This document shows positions 61,574 through 64,000 of a stretch of 64,000 bases of DNA, in pieces. The notes under the pieces were generated by a model. The model worked only from the letters and a program-made list of their open reading frames with translations, had not been told where the DNA came from and ran no database searches. The position numbers and the translations under genes were made by a program. Positions within the stretch are counted from its first letter, which is position 1; each line of letters opens with the position of its first letter. The stretch is from Desulfosporosinus sp. (lineage in GTDB: Bacteria; Bacillota; Desulfitobacteriia; Desulfitobacteriales; Desulfitobacteriaceae), in NCBI GenBank assembly GCA_049302315.1, contig JBAQLX010000677.1, positions 11,425-75,424 of the forward strand, given 5' to 3'.

Positions 61574-61963
61574 CTAACTTTCCGTATAGTGCACATTAAA
61601 TTCGACAATGCCTTTATGCAATCTCAGAACATTGTCGTAAGTCTCGAAATCGGTCATAATTTCTACTTGTTGGATATACGGGCCCGTGGCGCCGATGCTC
61701 GATTGACTCCATGTCTTGATTTCCGCTATTACCAGCTTTTTCAAAGCATAGAGCAGCGCATAAGTTGAGTGGTATACGTCAAGCTGATATTGTGACTCAA
61801 CAAGGCCATCATGCGCTATCAAGGTTTTTGCCCTTTCGTTGCCGCCCAAAAAATAAACAAGATAAGGTTCCTTAGTACCTTGTGGTGCCGTTGCTGGGAA
61901 AACTTTATTTGTCAATCCAGTTATCGCCGTTAATTCGACAGTTAGACCCTCATAGAGTTCCAT
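61574..61963 (-). CDS. tail completion / tail terminator-like protein
   Basis: Synteny only. Confidence 0.55.
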   Translation of the reverse strand: MELYEGLTVELTAITGLTNKVFPATAPQGTKEPYLVYFLGGNERAKTLIAHDGLVESQYQLDVYHSTYALLYALKKLVIAEIKTWSQSSIGATGPYIQQVEIMTDFETYDNVLRLHKGIVEFNVHYTES

Positions 61964-61971
61964 ACCACCAC

Positions 61972-62415
61972 CTACCTCAGTCTGTCTAATTCTTGCCCGA
62001 GCGTTTCCAGAATCATGGAGTGTACCATTCGCCCGTCTACATCCGCAGCCTTTCTCAGATATTGGTATCCTGGCGTATAATTGCCGTGCTCATCGGTCCA
62101 GCCATATTCTTGCGAGGCAGGGTAATACGAGCGCTTTCCGCTTTTACTGATCTTAACAAATTCCTCACCGCCGCCCGCGGCACCAAATACGCCGATTTGA
62201 TAAACGCGTTTTCCTTTTTTTCTGCGCTCTGCCTTAATCTTAATACCTTTTTTTAGTGCTCCGGAGTCAGCTGGTGCCCTATTCTTAGCCGCTTTCTGGA
62301 CTAATTTGGCAGCAGGCCTAACTGCTTTTGTTAATGCTTTAGCTGGTGCCTTCCCGACTTGGTCAAGAAGTTGTTGAACCTCCCTGACACCTGTGACGTA
62401 AGCATAAGTCGCCAT
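61972..62415 (-). CDS. HK97 gp10-family head-tail joining protein
   Basis: Start moved to ATG 62415; 'KAAKNRAPADSGALKKGIK...RVYQIGV'. Confidence 0.7.
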   Translation of the reverse strand: MATYAYVTGVREVQQLLDQVGKAPAKALTKAVRPAAKLVQKAAKNRAPADSGALKKGIKIKAERRKKGKRVYQIGVFGAAGGGEEFVKISKSGKRSYYPASQEYGWTDEHGNYTPGYQYLRKAADVDGRMVHSMILETLGQELDRLR

Positions 62416-62416
62416 C

Positions 62417-62833
62417 CTACTCCACCACCTTACAAAGCAAATGGGTTTCTCTGCGGTATCCATCTGGATCGTCAGCGCCAAGAATGTCATAGTATTTGCC
62501 GTCATAAATAACACGCATTTGGGTAGTGATTGTTGAGTTAAACCGGATAATAAAAAGATCCGTAATCTCAGCATTGACTTTCTGCGCAGCATAAAACTCG
62601 CGCGAGGTTTTATGCTGCTTGGATGCCCAGACCGCTAGGTAGTTGAACCAGTTCTCGACCGGTGCGCCGCTCGTATCATAGGTGTCCACTTGGTCGCCTT
62701 CCGTTATGGGCAACGGGTCAAACAAAGGTGCAAATTTATAAAAATCTAAAAAAGATAACGGACTAACAAAATTATTTGAATCGCCTAGTTGCTGTATCAC
62801 GATTCGCCGATTACGCTGCCTCGCATAGATCAT
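62417..62833 (-). CDS. head closure protein
   Basis: Start moved to ATG 62833 (ATGA overlap); 'RIVIQQ' start and synteny. Confidence 0.65.
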   Translation of the reverse strand: MIYARQRNRRIVIQQLGDSNNFVSPLSFLDFYKFAPLFDPLPITEGDQVDTYDTSGAPVENWFNYLAVWASKQHKTSREFYAAQKVNAEITDLFIIRFNSTITTQMRVIYDGKYYDILGADDPDGYRRETHLLCKVVE

Positions 62834-63399
62834 ACGGGAACCACCCGTCTCATACCGAGAAGTGCGTCTCGCGCTCGTGTCAGTTGTTTGCCGCGTTCTG
62901 CATCGCATGGTTCATACAGTAAACTTAAATGTAATAACATAGCCTGTTTTACCGTCTGCGGCACTGCTGCTACGGCACCATATCCCGCTTCAAATTCAAT
63001 AACAACACCATTTGCAGGCCTAAGTGTGGTTGTCGGCCAAGTCATGCCATAAGTCAGAGACACACGTCCGGGATTGCTCTTGGTGTCTACGAAATAGTCT
63101 GTCGCGGTCATTGTAGCAACGGCATTTGCCGTGTCGTAATACTTGATACTATTGGCAGCCCGCAAGGGCGATAGGGGTATTCTGATAAAATCATCATCCG
63201 GCCAATCATCAAGCCAAAGTTCCCAGGTCTGGGTGACGTATGCCCTGTTCTGGTAGTCCTCGCAATACTCGCGGGCTGCTGTGATAAACGCGGTGATAAG
63301 GGTATCCTCGACCGTGCTGTCATCAGCATGCAGATAGAGTTTCGCTTCCGCGAGGGTAATCGGTTCTGTGGCTGGTGCTGTCTTTAATGCTAAGGCCAT
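62830..63399 (-). CDS. gp6-like head-tail connector protein
   Basis: 'ITLAEAKLYLHADDSTVEDTLITAFITAAREYCEDY'. Confidence 0.75.
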   Translation of the reverse strand: MALALKTAPATEPITLAEAKLYLHADDSTVEDTLITAFITAAREYCEDYQNRAYVTQTWELWLDDWPDDDFIRIPLSPLRAANSIKYYDTANAVATMTATDYFVDTKSNPGRVSLTYGMTWPTTTLRPANGVVIEFEAGYGAVAAVPQTVKQAMLLHLSLLYEPCDAERGKQLTRARDALLGMRRVVPV

Positions 63400-63428
63400 A
63401 AAAAAATCCTCCTTTCTGGAGGCTGCTT

Positions 63429-63455
63429 AATGAGAAAGGGGAGCTGTTGCCCCCC
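63429..63455 (-). terminator. terminator hairpin after the upstream structural gene
   Basis: Minus strand: GGGGGGC-AACA-GCTCCCC (one G-U pair) then TTTCT. Confidence 0.45.
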
Positions 63456-63463
63456 CATAATAC

Positions 63464-64000
63464 TTACGCCAAGGATGCTCCCGCTGCTAACCGTTTGTAC
63501 TTAATATAAAAATCAGTAGCCACGGCTCCAGTAGTAGCGGCATCGTCGCCATCAATGTACAGCTTCTTACCGGATTCAAGGATGTAGGGTAACTGTTTAA
63601 CTACTCCATCAACCGACAATATGCTGGTTAGTTGGGCATTGAATTTCGCCAGAATCATACTGCCGAATGGGGCAGTTTTTCCAGTCAGACCATTCACATT
63701 GTCTGTGCTAAACCGATAATTAGTGGGACCTGCTGCATTGACCGCACCACGCTGGACAATGATATCCTCAACCATCACGGCACCGCCAGTTGCGGTTGCA
63801 AGTAACCCGCCAACAGCCTGATTATTATTAGGGATAACCGTGGTGTCTGCCATTGAAGTAGTCTTAATACCGCCCTGCAATCCATCAGCGAGAGCTTCAA
63901 GTGAATCCGTCGCTTTGTCAAATGTATTGCCCCCGGAAGCCTTGCTTAGTATGTCATTGACGCTACCAGCATTTGGAGCCGCTGGAACAATGGTATTTAG
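63464..64000 (-). CDS. structural protein, 5'-truncated by the window edge
   Basis: The frame stays open to position 64000; followed by a terminator, as is often seen after abundant head genes; identity not assignable. Confidence 0.5.
   Translation of the reverse strand, partial: LNTIVPAAPNAGSVNDILSKASGGNTFDKATDSLEALADGLQGGIKTTSMADTTVIPNNNQAVGGLLATATGGAVMVEDIIVQRGAVNAAGPTNYRFSTDNVNGLTGKTAPFGSMILAKFNAQLTSILSVDGVVKQLPYILESGKKLYIDGDDAATTGAVATDFYIKYKRLAAGASLA

Larger units (their letters stand above)
1..64000. mobile_element. temperate siphovirus-type phage / prophage genome segment (early, immunity-integration, accessory, lysis and tail modules; packaging/capsid genes not in window)
   Basis: Every recognisable gene is phage- or mobile-element-like; modular strand organisation; integrase + att-like site; no housekeeping genes seen. 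Confidence 0.8.

Overview
I found no housekeeping genes in this 64-kb window. It reads as most of one large temperate siphovirus-type phage genome, or a prophage or tandem-element junction, from a spore-forming Bacillota host. The host guess rests on a Spo0A C-terminal-domain gene, a phi LC3-type holin, an Amidase_3 endolysin and Gram-positive Shine-Dalgarno sites. All family calls come from motif reading of the supplied translations; no database search was possible.

Layout:
(1) 1-34.1 kb, minus strand: early genes for replication, recombination and DNA modification. These include ThyX, a Gp37/Gp68-family protein, two MazG-like proteins, an HD hydrolase, a prim-pol/DUF927 primase-helicase beside an iteron-rich origin-like region, a VRR-NUC nuclease and two paralogous radical-SAM proteins. 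They also include an SF2 helicase, SSB, an ERF annealase, a fused SbcD-SbcC nuclease/ATPase, an intein-interrupted C5 DNA methyltransferase with 7 tandem repeat modules, a receiver-less Spo0A_C protein, a PAPS-reductase-family protein, YopX and an HNH/HTH protein.
(2) 31.3-35.9 kb: immunity and integration genes. These are several XRE regulators, an ORF6N antirepressor, a divergent cro-like/cI-like switch with TTACCA-N4-TGGTAA operators, and a tyrosine integrase. They are followed by an attP-like site, which is the 3' part of tRNA-Pro(CGG) flanked by 27-bp direct repeats.
(3) 35.9-48.2 kb, plus strand: accessory cargo. It has its own XRE switch, an FtsK/SpoIIIE-like translocase, a Replic_Relax protein and a secreted LRR surface protein. 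A tightly coupled 10-gene operon follows, containing an SNF2 helicase, an IbrA-like PAPS reductase, a GNAT, an IbrB-like ParB/Srx protein and five unknowns.
(4) 48.2-64 kb, minus strand: lysis cassette, tail fibre/RBP genes, tail hub, tape measure, G/GT chaperones with an A_AAA_AAC -1 frameshift site, major tail protein and head-tail joining genes. A plus-strand moron cassette (consensus promoter, RHH protein, Xer-like tyrosine recombinase) interrupts it at 50.1-52.06 kb. Terminase, portal and capsid genes are outside the window.

The most interesting candidates are:
- the SNF2/IbrA/GNAT/IbrB operon;
- the intein sitting at the catalytic Cys of the methyltransferase, and that enzyme's repeat array;
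- the Spo0A_C gene together with two conserved 0A-box-containing promoter regions;
- the conjugation-like FtsK/Replic_Relax module next to attP.
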